DNA from: a virus
Taxonomy: Duplodnaviria > Caudoviricetes
Virus record (IMG/VR): IMGVR_UViG_3300011678_000001
Coordinates: 96,001 to 160,000 of that record
Length of the DNA: 64,000 bases
Strand: one strand, 5' to 3'
Below are positions 8,286 to 18,084 of the stretch, one piece after another (within the stretch, counting starts at the first letter, position 1; each line of letters opens with the position of its first letter). The position numbers were made by a program, and so were the translations under genes. Below the pieces are notes generated by a model. The model did no database searches. It was given only the letters and a program-made list of their open reading frames with translations, and was not told the origin of the DNA.

Positions 8286-9356
8286 TTAGCCTTCGAGAAC
8301 GGCAGGTTCTTCAGGACGAGCATCGACGCGGCATTCGGTGCGCAGGATGTGTTCCATGGCATCGATGTGCTCGAGCAGGTACTGGGTCCAGGGCTCGCAA
8401 CGCGGGCGCAGTTCCAGCAGCTCTTCCTTGGTCTTCCAGCCGACGGTGGTGTACTTCTCCTCCAGAACTTTGAAGTCGATGTCACTCTTCACGCGCAGCA
8501 TGGCCAGCACGCCCAGGTGGGTATTGCCCACGAAACCAGGCTTGTCCATGTCGCGATCCGAAACGAACCCGAATGGTACAACGTTGCCGTTGACGTCCGC
8601 AGGATCGACCGTATGAACTGGTTGACGCTGAGCGAGCATGGCGTAGATCTCTTCCAAGCTCGGGCCGTTTTCCAGTCCATAGAGAATGGCGCTACCATCT
8701 TCGTCGCTGCGCTGCAGAATGGCGGCTGGGGTGTTTATCAACGCACCTTCAGTGATTGCCGGAGTGAAAGACTGCACCTGGACGAATTCCATGCTGCCAG
8801 GGAAGCCAAACCCACGTGCCAGATCGGCCAGCATTTCTTCGACGGTCATCGGACGTTCAACGTCGCCCTTGTTGAACAGCAGCACTTCTTCAGCCAGTTC
8901 ACGCATGCCCGAGTTCAGGGTCGAGTAGAAGCTCGACGGCACGTCTGGGATCTCGACGTACTGACCTTCTTCATTGTGGGCGTAATGACCATGTAGGTCT
9001 TCGCGCTCAACATGACCACCAAAGCCGATGGAGAACCCGTCCTTCAACCGTGCTTCAGAACCGGCCGCACGCTGGTACACCGCAAACCGCACGGTGTCGT
9101 TTTCGTCGATAGTGCCGATCGGCGTATACAGGATCAGCTGACGCATGTTTTCCAGCTTGTCGACCAGCGAGCGACGCATGCCCACGAAGCCTTCATCCAT
9201 CTGCATCATCAGGTCATGGACTTCCAGGGACGAGTAGATGCGGGCATCGCCTTTCATGTTACCCACCAGATCGGTAGGAACGAATTCCGGCAGGATACCG
9301 AAGGTCATTTCATCGCGCTTGGTGCGGGTATACAGCTTAGGTTGTTGCTGGCTCAT
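8286..9356 (-). CDS. NUDIX-family phosphoesterase with internal insertion
   Basis: RQLILY, E.RL...SIGFGGHVE and RELAEEV Nudix-box motifs, later HLG; AAGGAG RBS before MSQQQ. Confidence 0.75.
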   Translation of the reverse strand: MSQQQPKLYTRTKRDEMTFGILPEFVPTDLVGNMKGDARIYSSLEVHDLMMQMDEGFVGMRRSLVDKLENMRQLILYTPIGTIDENDTVRFAVYQRAAGSEARLKDGFSIGFGGHVEREDLHGHYAHNEEGQYVEIPDVPSSFYSTLNSGMRELAEEVLLFNKGDVERPMTVEEMLADLARGFGFPGSMEFVQVQSFTPAITEGALINTPAAILQRSDEDGSAILYGLENGPSLEEIYAMLAQRQPVHTVDPADVNGNVVPFGFVSDRDMDKPGFVGNTHLGVLAMLRVKSDIDFKVLEEKYTTVGWKTKEELLELRPRCEPWTQYLLEHIDAMEHILRTECRVDARPEEPAVLEG

Positions 9357-9399
9357 TGGAGCACTCCTTGGTGTTAAACTGAATTGAAGAGGGTTGAAT

Positions 9400-9630
9400 T
9401 TAGTGACGAACAGATTCGATGATTTTGTCAACGGTGCCATGGACATCAAAGGTGTTTGGCGTTCCACGGGTCATGAGGACCTCTACCGTACGACGTTTGA
9501 TCTTCGCCCAGTAGGCATCATTACGCTCAACACCCGGTCCGTTACGATGGTCGTGACTGACGATCAGGTTGTACGCCTGGTTGCGCAGTTCTTCTTCCGT
9601 TTGGGCAGGTGCTTTAATCGACAGCGGCAT
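9400..9630 (-). CDS. hypothetical protein
   Basis: 76-aa ORF with RBS-like sequence. Confidence 0.6.
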   Translation of the reverse strand: MPLSIKAPAQTEEELRNQAYNLIVSHDHRNGPGVERNDAYWAKIKRRTVEVLMTRGTPNTFDVHGTVDKIIESVRH

Positions 9631-9644
9631 GGATACCCCTTTTT

Positions 9645-9917
9645 TTATCGGCCGTTACCGGCCCGGTCGTAATAACGCTCAAGCTTGTTGTGGAACTTAC
9701 GCTTGGCTGGCGTGTTCCGCTTGAGGATTCCCAGCTTGTTGCAGTTCTGCGGACACCAGAACTTATCACGCAGGTTGGTGTGCGTGAGCAGGATCTGGAC
9801 CTTGTAGGTATCCCACAGGCTACGCTTGGGGTTCCAGTGAGACTTGTCCTGCTTGAGACGTTCCAAGCCTTCGGTCCCGACGTACTGAAAGTGCTTTTTG
9901 CCCAGTCTACGGCTCAT
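9645..9917 (-). CDS. basic hypothetical protein
   Basis: AAGGA RBS; Lys/Arg-rich 90 aa. Confidence 0.6.
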   Translation of the reverse strand: MSRRLGKKHFQYVGTEGLERLKQDKSHWNPKRSLWDTYKVQILLTHTNLRDKFWCPQNCNKLGILKRNTPAKRKFHNKLERYYDRAGNGR

Positions 9918-9919
9918 GG

Positions 9920-10255
9920 CTATTCCTTAGGTGCGTTATCCAGCGGAATCATGATGGCGGTTAACCGCTGCCCATCGGTGAGTGATTCAGCCAGGACTTC
10001 AATGTGATCCAAGTCGGGATCGAGACATTCGAAACCTTTTGCCGGACGGGCCGGAATGGTCTCAGCCAGATGGCGTTGGAGCTTAAGATGCATGTCAAGA
10101 CGCTCTGCGGCTCCTTGGAACTTATGGGCTCCCGTCCTGGCGGTAATCAGACTGAATTCGCCTGGCTTATTCCCGGCAAGATATTGCCTGTTCTGGTTCT
10201 TACGCCAGAAGGAAATAATGGATTCATCTTGTTCTGCATTAACATCGTTGTTCAT
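9920..10255 (-). CDS. hypothetical protein
   Basis: ATGA overlap with the upstream gene. Confidence 0.7.
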   Translation of the reverse strand: MNNDVNAEQDESIISFWRKNQNRQYLAGNKPGEFSLITARTGAHKFQGAAERLDMHLKLQRHLAETIPARPAKGFECLDPDLDHIEVLAESLTDGQRLTAIMIPLDNAPKE

Positions 10256-10722
10256 TTGCCACCCTCGATAACTTTGAAGTTTGCCCGGTTGGTCTCAGCC
10301 AGGACCCTTTCTAAACAAGGCGCTGCACCCAACAACACACTGCAGACGATGCCGTCTTCCAGCGCCGACTCGATGTCACCAAGGGTTTCAGGAAAGTCGA
10401 TCTCCGCCCGGATCTCTTTGATCACCTCAAGGATCAACGCAACACGGTTGTTCACCTCGGTGCCGTTGATGGTAGGACCGAGTTCCAGCGCCCCTGGAAA
10501 GACCACGGCCACGTTAGGGGATTCAATGTCAGGTTCCAAGACTCGGAAGATTCGAATCACCGCCCCTTCGACCTTGGTGAACACTTCGTACTGCGTGATC
10601 TGACCCCAGAGGCATTTCCCTGAGGTCGCCCGATCGAATCCTGCGTACTTCAATAGGTCTTCGGTGTCATCGGACGGTGCTTTGCCTTCGAACCCTACCG
10701 CAATGATGTTGAACGCCATCAC
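10252..10722 (-). CDS. hypothetical protein
   Basis: Abuts the upstream stop codon; 156 aa. Confidence 0.7.
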   Translation of the reverse strand: MMAFNIIAVGFEGKAPSDDTEDLLKYAGFDRATSGKCLWGQITQYEVFTKVEGAVIRIFRVLEPDIESPNVAVVFPGALELGPTINGTEVNNRVALILEVIKEIRAEIDFPETLGDIESALEDGIVCSVLLGAAPCLERVLAETNRANFKVIEGGK

Positions 10723-11934
10723 TCACCCCTGCTGTTCGAGTTTATACCGCTCTACCCCGTCTTCGATGTCAATCTCGATCCACGGTGCAAAGCCTGCTTT
10801 CACGCCCAACCGGGCTTTATGGCTGTCAATGCGGTACAGCTTGTCTTCACCCTTGGTGACTCGGGCACTGACTTCCACCGCTTGCTTCTTGAAGTACAGA
10901 CGCCAGTCTTCCGGCAGTTGATGACGGTTGATCTGAATGTCCAACACCTCGGCCTTATTGGAGAGGATGTTGGTTTCATACGCCCAACCAAAGCACAGCT
11001 CTTTGGTACTGTTGGTGTCACGCAAGGTGATCCACAGCCGCTGTTCGCCGGGGCGGGGTTGCTTAGAGGCCTTGGCGAAGTGCTTCTCTTCTGGAGCAGG
11101 TGGAGTGACAGCGGCTTGGACCGTCAGGTGATACGCCAGCGCCGCACGAGCGGCTTTGGTCAGATGACCTTCGTACGTCCTGAACCACTCAGGCAGATGA
11201 CGCTGGGTCCAACCGCGTTTACAGATCAGTTCACGGATGTACGCTGCATCGTGAGTGCTGAAGCTGTCAGTGTACAGCAACAGACTGCGCGAAGCATCAA
11301 TCATGTCCTCAGTCATGTGTCCAGGGGCTGGCACCACGACATGTGTCTGACCGATGTCCTTAAGGTCCTTCAAGCAATCCGGCAGACCATCCAACATGGC
11401 CAGTGCTTGCGAGTTCTTCTCATTGATGATGAGGTCACGCAGCTTGCGAAACCATTCGACACCAGTGAGATTGGAGTTATCCTGTACATCTGGAAACGCG
11501 TCGTCCTCAGTCACCGCCTCGGGCGCATCGAGGCCCGACAGGATATTGCGCATTCTTTCTATACCGGCGTTCATCCTGCCTTCTTGTGTTGAGAATTCGG
11601 ACTCGCCGTATATGCGAACAGGGCTCTGACGGGTAGGGGCTTCTTCGTTCCCTGAGACCTGAGACAATACTCGCGGACGGAGTTCAACCACCAGTGCGTC
11701 GAAACGCGCAGTGTCTTCGTCTGAGATGGCATTGAACCCACGACCCCAGCCACGCCAGCTCAGGTTATTGCCGTCACCATCGTCGCTTTCCATCCAGGAC
11801 TCGATGTTACGCTCAACGCCTTCACGCCATTCTTCGAACCGCGCCACCACGTCTGCCGGAATTGGACACTGCACCGCAAAGACTTCTTCTTTGAGCCAGT
11901 CCTCTAAGGTGGCGGCTCCGTAGTAATCTGACAT
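10723..11934 (-). CDS. hypothetical multi-domain protein
   Basis: AAGGAG RBS before MSDYY; long ORF. Confidence 0.8.
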   Translation of the reverse strand: MSDYYGAATLEDWLKEEVFAVQCPIPADVVARFEEWREGVERNIESWMESDDGDGNNLSWRGWGRGFNAISDEDTARFDALVVELRPRVLSQVSGNEEAPTRQSPVRIYGESEFSTQEGRMNAGIERMRNILSGLDAPEAVTEDDAFPDVQDNSNLTGVEWFRKLRDLIINEKNSQALAMLDGLPDCLKDLKDIGQTHVVVPAPGHMTEDMIDASRSLLLYTDSFSTHDAAYIRELICKRGWTQRHLPEWFRTYEGHLTKAARAALAYHLTVQAAVTPPAPEEKHFAKASKQPRPGEQRLWITLRDTNSTKELCFGWAYETNILSNKAEVLDIQINRHQLPEDWRLYFKKQAVEVSARVTKGEDKLYRIDSHKARLGVKAGFAPWIEIDIEDGVERYKLEQQG

Positions 11935-11987
11935 GACACTCTCCTTGACTGAACATAATTGATGAGGCATTCGTTTTCTTTGACAGG

Positions 11988-12018
11988 CGGCATAGACGGC
12001 GCCCCGCAGGACGCCGTC
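11988..12018 (-). terminator. terminator with TATGCCG tail
   Basis: GACGGCG/CGCCGTC stem plus tail. Confidence 0.7.
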
Positions 12019-12024
12019 CAGTGA

Positions 12025-12507
12025 TCAGCGGTAAGCCGCAAACTTTGGGTGTGCGTTACTTACGCGGAGTTGATTGATCGCCCCAAGCAATTCAACCTTC
12101 TCCGATCGCTCCAGCAGGTTGATGGCAAAGCGAGCCATCTTCAGCGAGGTGATGTCACCGGGCCGTTCGAAGATGTACCAGTTCTGCATCTCCGGCGCTT
12201 TAAAAGCCCCTGGCAGGAGGTTCATGATGTAACCGTGAACAAGAGTCGCCTCTTGTGCGCTCACTTCATGGATGTTCTCTGGTGTGATAAGATTGAGCTC
12301 TTTCACACGGGTGGGTCGTGTCTGAGCACTACCGCTCTTTTCGAGCAACTTATCCAGAGCCTTTGTGTCTTTAGGGGTCAAAGCACGGATGCTTGTGAGC
12401 CTAACTAGAACCATGGATTGACCGCGTGGAATTTCCCCTTTCACGAGAAACAGCTCACTTCCCGGTTGCCCCATGATCACCGGTATAACATACTTACCCT
12501 TTGACAT
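12025..12507 (-). CDS. hypothetical protein
   Basis: AAGGA RBS before MSKGK; preceded by a TACATTATT motif at about 12591-12600. Confidence 0.7.
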   Translation of the reverse strand: MSKGKYVIPVIMGQPGSELFLVKGEIPRGQSMVLVRLTSIRALTPKDTKALDKLLEKSGSAQTRPTRVKELNLITPENIHEVSAQEATLVHGYIMNLLPGAFKAPEMQNWYIFERPGDITSLKMARFAINLLERSEKVELLGAINQLRVSNAHPKFAAYR

Positions 12508-12712
12508 GGTGAGTAATTCCTTGAGGTGTCGTGTAGAAACCCCCTCATCATCCACCAGGCTTTAATTTGAATTAATGGTTTGCACGGCTGAATAATGTAG
12601 GGTTTTGTTTTAGTCGAGTCGTATGCTCGCTTCATAAAATGACACTAAAACACCACCACGGATTAATCCCATGAAAAAAGAAAAATAAAGAGAGGGGCCG
12701 AAGCCCCTCGTC

Positions 12713-13234
12713 TTATTCTGCCTCGATGGCTTGGTACGTTTCGAACAGCAGCGACTCGTCTATCAAGGCGCTGGAAGTTTGCTCGTAACGACCCCAGTAT
12801 GGCGGCCTGAGACCTGGTTGTTCCACTAGAGCAGGACGACCTTTGATCTCGTGTTCATCCAGGACGACGGTGCGGTAGACGGTGTCGGCAATCTTAATGC
12901 CTTCATCGATCAGCCCTGCGCCTCCAATGATGAACACTTCATCACCGTGATTACCGGCCCACGTGATCGCCTCTTCCAGCGAGTTGACAAACTGCACCCG
13001 ATCCATTGGACCAAGACGCGCCAACCCTTTACTGCCCGTCACCACCAGATGGTAACGACCCGGCAACAGGTTCGGCAGACTATCAAAGGTATTGCTGCCC
13101 ATGATGATCGGTTTATCCTGGGTCAGCACTTTGAACCGCTTCAGATCAATAGGATAGTGCCACGGTAATGGATGAGGGCCCAACGCACCGATAGCACCGC
13201 CTTTGGTCTGGGCGAAGATCACCGAGACTTTCAT
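12713..13234 (-). CDS. folA: dihydrofolate reductase
   Basis: IG...LPW..P.DLKRFK.LT, IIMG..TFDSLP.LLPGR and VFIIGG motifs. Confidence 0.93.
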   Translation of the reverse strand: MKVSVIFAQTKGGAIGALGPHPLPWHYPIDLKRFKVLTQDKPIIMGSNTFDSLPNLLPGRYHLVVTGSKGLARLGPMDRVQFVNSLEEAITWAGNHGDEVFIIGGAGLIDEGIKIADTVYRTVVLDEHEIKGRPALVEQPGLRPPYWGRYEQTSSALIDESLLFETYQAIEAE

Positions 13235-13800
13235 TCTGCCACCGTTTCCTTAGGCTTGTTCACGATCGCCTGCAGTTGCTTCATCATCAACTGCGATTGC
13301 GTCAGGCGGTAGAAGTTGAGCGACATTTCCAGAACCGCGAACTGTTCGCCCTCTTCCAGCACCAGGATCAGCTCGCAGCCTACGCCTTTGCTGGAGGCCT
13401 TCCACTGACGCAGGTAAGCGTTGGTACGGCTGTAACCTTGCAACGCCGTGAACACGCTCTGAGCGACCTCAAAGGACTCGTCCAAGTACTCTTCCGGCTT
13501 GAGCTGGAAGACCATCGGGATGGCCGGCAGTTCGAAGTCGGCAGGCAGCACCGTCCATGGGAATTGCTTATCCCCTTCGATGGCCTCGCGGTACTGACTC
13601 ATGGCTTCTGAGGCAGCACCCAGTTTAACCAGATCGTGACGCAGGGTCACTTTGGAGATCAGGTTATCCTGCGCGTACCGCACACGGAAGAATTGGTTGC
13701 CAAACCCAGCACGACCGTGGGCCGAAATCTCGACGCGGTCTTTGAGTGGGTTGACAGCTGCCATGGCAGCGGCGTAAGGATGGACGGTGGCTTGAGTCAT
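13231..13800 (-). CDS. hypothetical protein
   Basis: ATGA overlap with DHFR. Confidence 0.75.
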   Translation of the reverse strand: MTQATVHPYAAAMAAVNPLKDRVEISAHGRAGFGNQFFRVRYAQDNLISKVTLRHDLVKLGAASEAMSQYREAIEGDKQFPWTVLPADFELPAIPMVFQLKPEEYLDESFEVAQSVFTALQGYSRTNAYLRQWKASSKGVGCELILVLEEGEQFAVLEMSLNFYRLTQSQLMMKQLQAIVNKPKETVAE

Positions 13801-13801
13801 G

Positions 13802-14254
13802 TTAGTTCTTCTTTGGCAGAATGTTGTTGATGACCACGTGATCGGAGTACTCACGCAGACGGGTCAGGATGTAGCTGTCGACCAGGTGATTGTCGTCGAG
13901 GACCAGGAGCATCATGCCCTGATCTTCTTCGGCGGAGGACTCCTGAATGACGTGCACCTCGTAGCTGTCGAAGTGGCCAATCAAGGTTCCTTGCTGGTTG
14001 CAGCGAATGAATGCATCACGGGCCGTGGTGGCCCCTTCTGGCATGTCGTACAACAGTTGGGCGATACCTTCAGTCAAGGCCAGTGCATACCGGTAATGCT
14101 CCGACCGTGAGGAGGCCAGCAACACCATCGCACGGACGGTGTCACGGACCATGGACTGAACACCCCAACCCAGTGCCAGTTGCATGTCAGGCAATTTAGC
14201 AATCGCCTCAGCAATCGGCAGTGGTTGAGGAAACTTGATCAGTTCCGTGCTCAT
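13802..14254 (-). CDS. hypothetical protein
   Basis: 150-aa ORF directly after the ligase. Confidence 0.75.
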   Translation of the reverse strand: MSTELIKFPQPLPIAEAIAKLPDMQLALGWGVQSMVRDTVRAMVLLASSRSEHYRYALALTEGIAQLLYDMPEGATTARDAFIRCNQQGTLIGHFDSYEVHVIQESSAEEDQGMMLLVLDDNHLVDSYILTRLREYSDHVVINNILPKKN

Positions 14255-14260
14255 TGAAAC

Positions 14261-16258
14261 TTACTCCTGTTCAACACGTGTAAGAGAATTGGGATTGACC
14301 AGTTGTAGGCCGTCTTCGGTGAACCCAAGGTCACGGGCTTTCTTGACTTTGTCAGGTCCAGCACCCACACCGGCAAAGACGATGTCAACGTTCTTGCTGA
14401 CCGACTTGACCAGTTTAGCGCCTCGAGAGATCACGGACTCTTCCATCGCTTTACGGTTGAGACCATCAAAGTCCGAACCCGTCACCACGACCGTTTTACC
14501 GGCGAGGTCTTGGACTTCGGCTTTCTTGATGACTTCATCGGTGTAGGTCAGGATCTTATCCAAGCTGGTCAGGTCTGCCTCGGTAACGTCATCGAGAGTC
14601 CTGATGCTCGCTACCACAGCAGGTCCTACGTCATTGACGGACAACAGCTCTTCATCTGACGAACTGAACAATGCTTCAAATGACGGGAACCGTACCGCCA
14701 GTGCTCGCGCTGTGACATCGCCGATTTCAGGAATCCCGACCGCCCGCAGGACTTTATAGAACGGCAGCTTCTTGCAACGTTCGATGCTGGCCATGATCTT
14801 ATCGGTCGTGGACTCTCCAAGACCGGCCCCATAGAAATCATGCTCGCCCAAGAAGAATAGTGAACTGAACGACCCCAGTGAGCCTACAGCGATCAGACCT
14901 TCAACCGCAGCAGGACCCAAGTGTTTGACGTCAATGCCACTCCGCCCAACGAAATAGATCATCTTGTTGATGACCTGCGCCGCACAAGTGGCAGGGTTGG
15001 TGCAGAACAATTCCACACCCTCATTGTCGCGCTTGGCCACCGGAGACCCACAGCACGGGCATTCGGTTGGTGTTGCGATCAGGCCGTGTTCATCGGTCCG
15101 CAAGGCTTCGACCACGCTTTCGATCTTTGGAATCACATCACCTCGGCGAGAGACCACCACAGTGTCCATAATCCGCAGACCGAGTCGCTCAATCTCCTCG
15201 AAGTTGTGCAAGGTCACGCTACTGACCGTCACGCCGCAGAGTTTGACTGGTTTGATCTTGGCCACCGGTGTCAAGACACCCGTACGACCGACTTGGACTT
15301 CCACCCGCTCCAGGATGCTCGTTGCTGTCTGAGCTTCGAACTTGTACGCCACTGCCCAACGTGGGGAGGTGGAACGAAAGCCGAGCTTCTGACGCACCTT
15401 AGGGTCGGTGATTTTCAGCACCAAACCATCGATGTCAAAGCCAATGGAGCCGCTCTCACGCGCTTCAGCGACAACGTTGATCTGATCCATGATCTTATCG
15501 ACACTGCCAGTCAAGCCACGCCAGACATGGTTCGCTGTCTCATACGGCCAGGCCAGGTCGTCCACGATCTGACGGAAGGTCTTGTCGATCCACTCCACGT
15601 CATCGTGCACGGTGGCTTCATAGGCTACGAACTTCAGCCCGAGGCCTTGGATGGACTCACCGTCTTTACGACGCATGATCCCAGCGACCATGTTACGCGG
15701 GTTGGCATAGGTGGGTTTACCTTTTGCCGCACGGCGTTCATTGGCCTTGATGAAGTGGCTGTGAGGGATGATGACCTCACCGCGAATCTCCAGATGGCCT
15801 TTGACCGGTTTACCCAGCAGGTCCTGCGGAACGCCTTCAAAGAAGACAGCGTTGTCGATGACATCGTCCCCTTCAATCCCATCACCACGGGTCACCGCTG
15901 CAATCAGCTTGCCATTGCGGTAAATGAGGTTCAGGCTGGCGCCATCGAACTTGTATTGCAGTTCAGCCAGTACTGGCATCCCGAGTCCTACGACCCAGTC
16001 TGTCAGTTCTTCTTCGTTGTAGACGTTGGCCAGGCTGAGCATCGGCGAGAGATGACGGACTTTATCAAACCCACCATCCGACGGTGCACCCACCAGGTTC
16101 AGGGGTGAATGGGGATCATCAGTCTCCCCTTCGAGTTCGCGCAGTTCGCGCTTGAGTGAGTCGTAGACCTCATCCGATACGTCGGACTCACCCTTGTTGA
16201 AATACAGATTGTTCAGACGCAGAATCTCAGCACGTAAGGCTTCGATACGGTTGTCCAT
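14261..16258 (-). CDS. ligA: NAD-dependent DNA ligase
   Basis: KFDG adenylation motif, TRGDG, EIRGE, DGLVLK, PRWAVAYKF, GDVIP, C4 zinc finger, HhH repeats, C-terminal BRCT. Confidence 0.97.
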   Translation of the reverse strand: MDNRIEALRAEILRLNNLYFNKGESDVSDEVYDSLKRELRELEGETDDPHSPLNLVGAPSDGGFDKVRHLSPMLSLANVYNEEELTDWVVGLGMPVLAELQYKFDGASLNLIYRNGKLIAAVTRGDGIEGDDVIDNAVFFEGVPQDLLGKPVKGHLEIRGEVIIPHSHFIKANERRAAKGKPTYANPRNMVAGIMRRKDGESIQGLGLKFVAYEATVHDDVEWIDKTFRQIVDDLAWPYETANHVWRGLTGSVDKIMDQINVVAEARESGSIGFDIDGLVLKITDPKVRQKLGFRSTSPRWAVAYKFEAQTATSILERVEVQVGRTGVLTPVAKIKPVKLCGVTVSSVTLHNFEEIERLGLRIMDTVVVSRRGDVIPKIESVVEALRTDEHGLIATPTECPCCGSPVAKRDNEGVELFCTNPATCAAQVINKMIYFVGRSGIDVKHLGPAAVEGLIAVGSLGSFSSLFFLGEHDFYGAGLGESTTDKIMASIERCKKLPFYKVLRAVGIPEIGDVTARALAVRFPSFEALFSSSDEELLSVNDVGPAVVASIRTLDDVTEADLTSLDKILTYTDEVIKKAEVQDLAGKTVVVTGSDFDGLNRKAMEESVISRGAKLVKSVSKNVDIVFAGVGAGPDKVKKARDLGFTEDGLQLVNPNSLTRVEQE

Positions 16259-16282
16259 CGTGATGCTCCTGATGAAAGGTCA

Positions 16283-16747
16283 TCAGACCTGAGTAAAGCC
16301 AATCACGGCATCCGGTCGAGGATGCACCAGGGCTTTACTGAAGCCGATGAGCTTGCGACCTTTCGATCGGTCGTTGGGGTCGATGTCAATGCTATTTACC
16401 AGCAGGTCTATCGAAGACAGGTGACGGTGTTCGACAAGATCGCCGGCGAGGTACTGAATCGTGGCATGTAATACCCACTTTTCTTCTATTTTCACCAGAG
16501 CGTAGGCATGCAGCTCGCCAATCAAGCCGGGTTTACGACGCTGGTAGAGATCCACCAGTCCTTTGATGTCGCCCAGATCACGCTTGGGCCAGGTGACGTA
16601 CAGCGGAATCACGGCTGTGGTCAGGATGGCTTCAAGGTCAGCGCGCTCCATACCTTCACTGTACGCAACAGGCAGTTCAACGAGGCTTCCATGAGCCAGT
16701 CGCTCGGGGACAGCTTCTTTCTCGAGCAGGGTCATTTGCATGTTCAT
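16283..16747 (-). CDS. hypothetical protein
   Basis: 154-aa ORF in the operon. Confidence 0.7.
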   Translation of the reverse strand: MNMQMTLLEKEAVPERLAHGSLVELPVAYSEGMERADLEAILTTAVIPLYVTWPKRDLGDIKGLVDLYQRRKPGLIGELHAYALVKIEEKWVLHATIQYLAGDLVEHRHLSSIDLLVNSIDIDPNDRSKGRKLIGFSKALVHPRPDAVIGFTQV

Positions 16748-16756
16748 GGCAATACC

Positions 16757-17239
16757 TTATTTCACCGCGACCAGTTTAGGGCGGTTCTTGAGTTTAGCGG
16801 CATCGTCCATGACTTGTTTACGCTCTTGCTCGAACTCCATGAGCTGCGTGGCGCCCAACGGACGCAGGGCGATGTTACCGCCATCGACACTGGCCACCGG
16901 TATCGTTGCGAAGTCGTACATGTACTGCGCGCCCGGCTCGCCCATGCCGATTACATCCCCGTAATGAATCTCCAGGGTATGAGCCACGCCTTTGAAGCGG
17001 GCACTGAACGAGAAACTGTAATCGTGATACGCGAGATCACGGCAGGCGTCGGCACCGACATTGAGGATGATGAACTCCACCCCGTTGATCACGCTCAGCA
17101 TACCGGTCAGAAACGGGTAGCGTTCCTTGAACAGTTTATCGGCACGCACGAAGATGTGGACCTTATCTGAACGCAGGGACAGGTAGTTCCGGCAGGCATC
17201 GAAATAAAAACGGGCAAGTTGATTGACATCGGGCAACAT
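16757..17239 (-). CDS. sspB: SspB-like ClpXP adaptor with C-terminal XB motif
   Basis: IILNVG..AC.DL...FSARFKG...I....VIG matches the SspB core; C-terminal RPKLVAVK resembles the E. coli RPALRVVK ClpX-binding tail. Confidence 0.7.
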   Translation of the reverse strand: MLPDVNQLARFYFDACRNYLSLRSDKVHIFVRADKLFKERYPFLTGMLSVINGVEFIILNVGADACRDLAYHDYSFSFSARFKGVAHTLEIHYGDVIGMGEPGAQYMYDFATIPVASVDGGNIALRPLGATQLMEFEQERKQVMDDAAKLKNRPKLVAVK

Positions 17240-17250
17240 GAAACATCCCC

Positions 17251-17583
17251 CTAAGGATTAAGACAAAGGTAATCGTTACTGGCTAGTGCTTTAAGCTCTT
17301 TAAAAAGCCCTGTACGGGCCTTTTTGGCTTTAAGTGGGTACTCGTATACCCTGATGGCAGAATCGCGTGCATACAGCTCGTTAAGCAGCTTCTTGGGGTG
17401 TTTACCCAAGGCCAGCTGAGCGAGTTGTTTATCGACATCTTTACTGACCTGGTTGCTTTCACCCAGATAGAAACGGCCAGTGGCGTCATGCTCAAGCATG
17501 AAGCATCCTTCCTGCACGTCTTCGGTGCGTTTACTGCGTCCACTGGGTGAGTGGAGCCACTTGACGACGGTCAGTGTGTCCAT
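17251..17583 (-). CDS. degenerate GIY-YIG-like nuclease domain protein
   Basis: GCFMLEH..TGRFYLGES...L..GKH...L pattern; catalytic residues look diverged. Confidence 0.55.
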   Translation of the reverse strand: MDTLTVVKWLHSPSGRSKRTEDVQEGCFMLEHDATGRFYLGESNQVSKDVDKQLAQLALGKHPKKLLNELYARDSAIRVYEYPLKAKKARTGLFKELKALASNDYLCLNP

Positions 17584-17590
17584 GTGCGGG

Positions 17591-18034
17591 TTAGCCTTTC
17601 TCTGGTATGGTGGCCTCAGCCACGATGTGACCGAATTTAATGATCTTCGACCCAAGGCGGATGTTGGCTGGATCGACAAAGGCGAAGATCGGGATCAGCT
17701 CCATCCGTGCCAGCTTGGATTCATCAAAGAAACCGGCATGGTGGTAGCACAACATACCCGTCAATGACCATGCACACCTCCGTTCAGGGAAGTGACCGAT
17801 AGCCTCAGGCTTAAAGGTCCCGATCAAGGTCGGCCGACGGTAGCGGTTGATGCTGCAGACTTTCGGATCGTCTTCATCAACGTCCGGCCAGACCATGTAG
17901 ATGTCAATATCACCATTGACCGCAATATGGATGTCATCGGAGGTCGTGTGCTTGGTGGCATCGATAGGCAACTCGACACGGGTCCGATGATGGAAAGTGT
18001 TGGTGCTGTCTCGTTGTACGGACAAGACTTTCAT
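17591..18034 (-). CDS. hypothetical protein
   Basis: AAGGA RBS before MKVLS. Confidence 0.7.
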   Translation of the reverse strand: MKVLSVQRDSTNTFHHRTRVELPIDATKHTTSDDIHIAVNGDIDIYMVWPDVDEDDPKVCSINRYRRPTLIGTFKPEAIGHFPERRCAWSLTGMLCYHHAGFFDESKLARMELIPIFAFVDPANIRLGSKIIKFGHIVAEATIPEKG

Positions 18035-18084
18035 GGTCGTTCCTTTAGGTGAGCTGCCGGACTGTCCGGCAGCGTACGGTAACT

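Noticed and set aside
14921-16108. 395-aa plus-strand ORF
   Set aside because: Antisense shadow of the NAD-dependent ligase; no recognisable motifs
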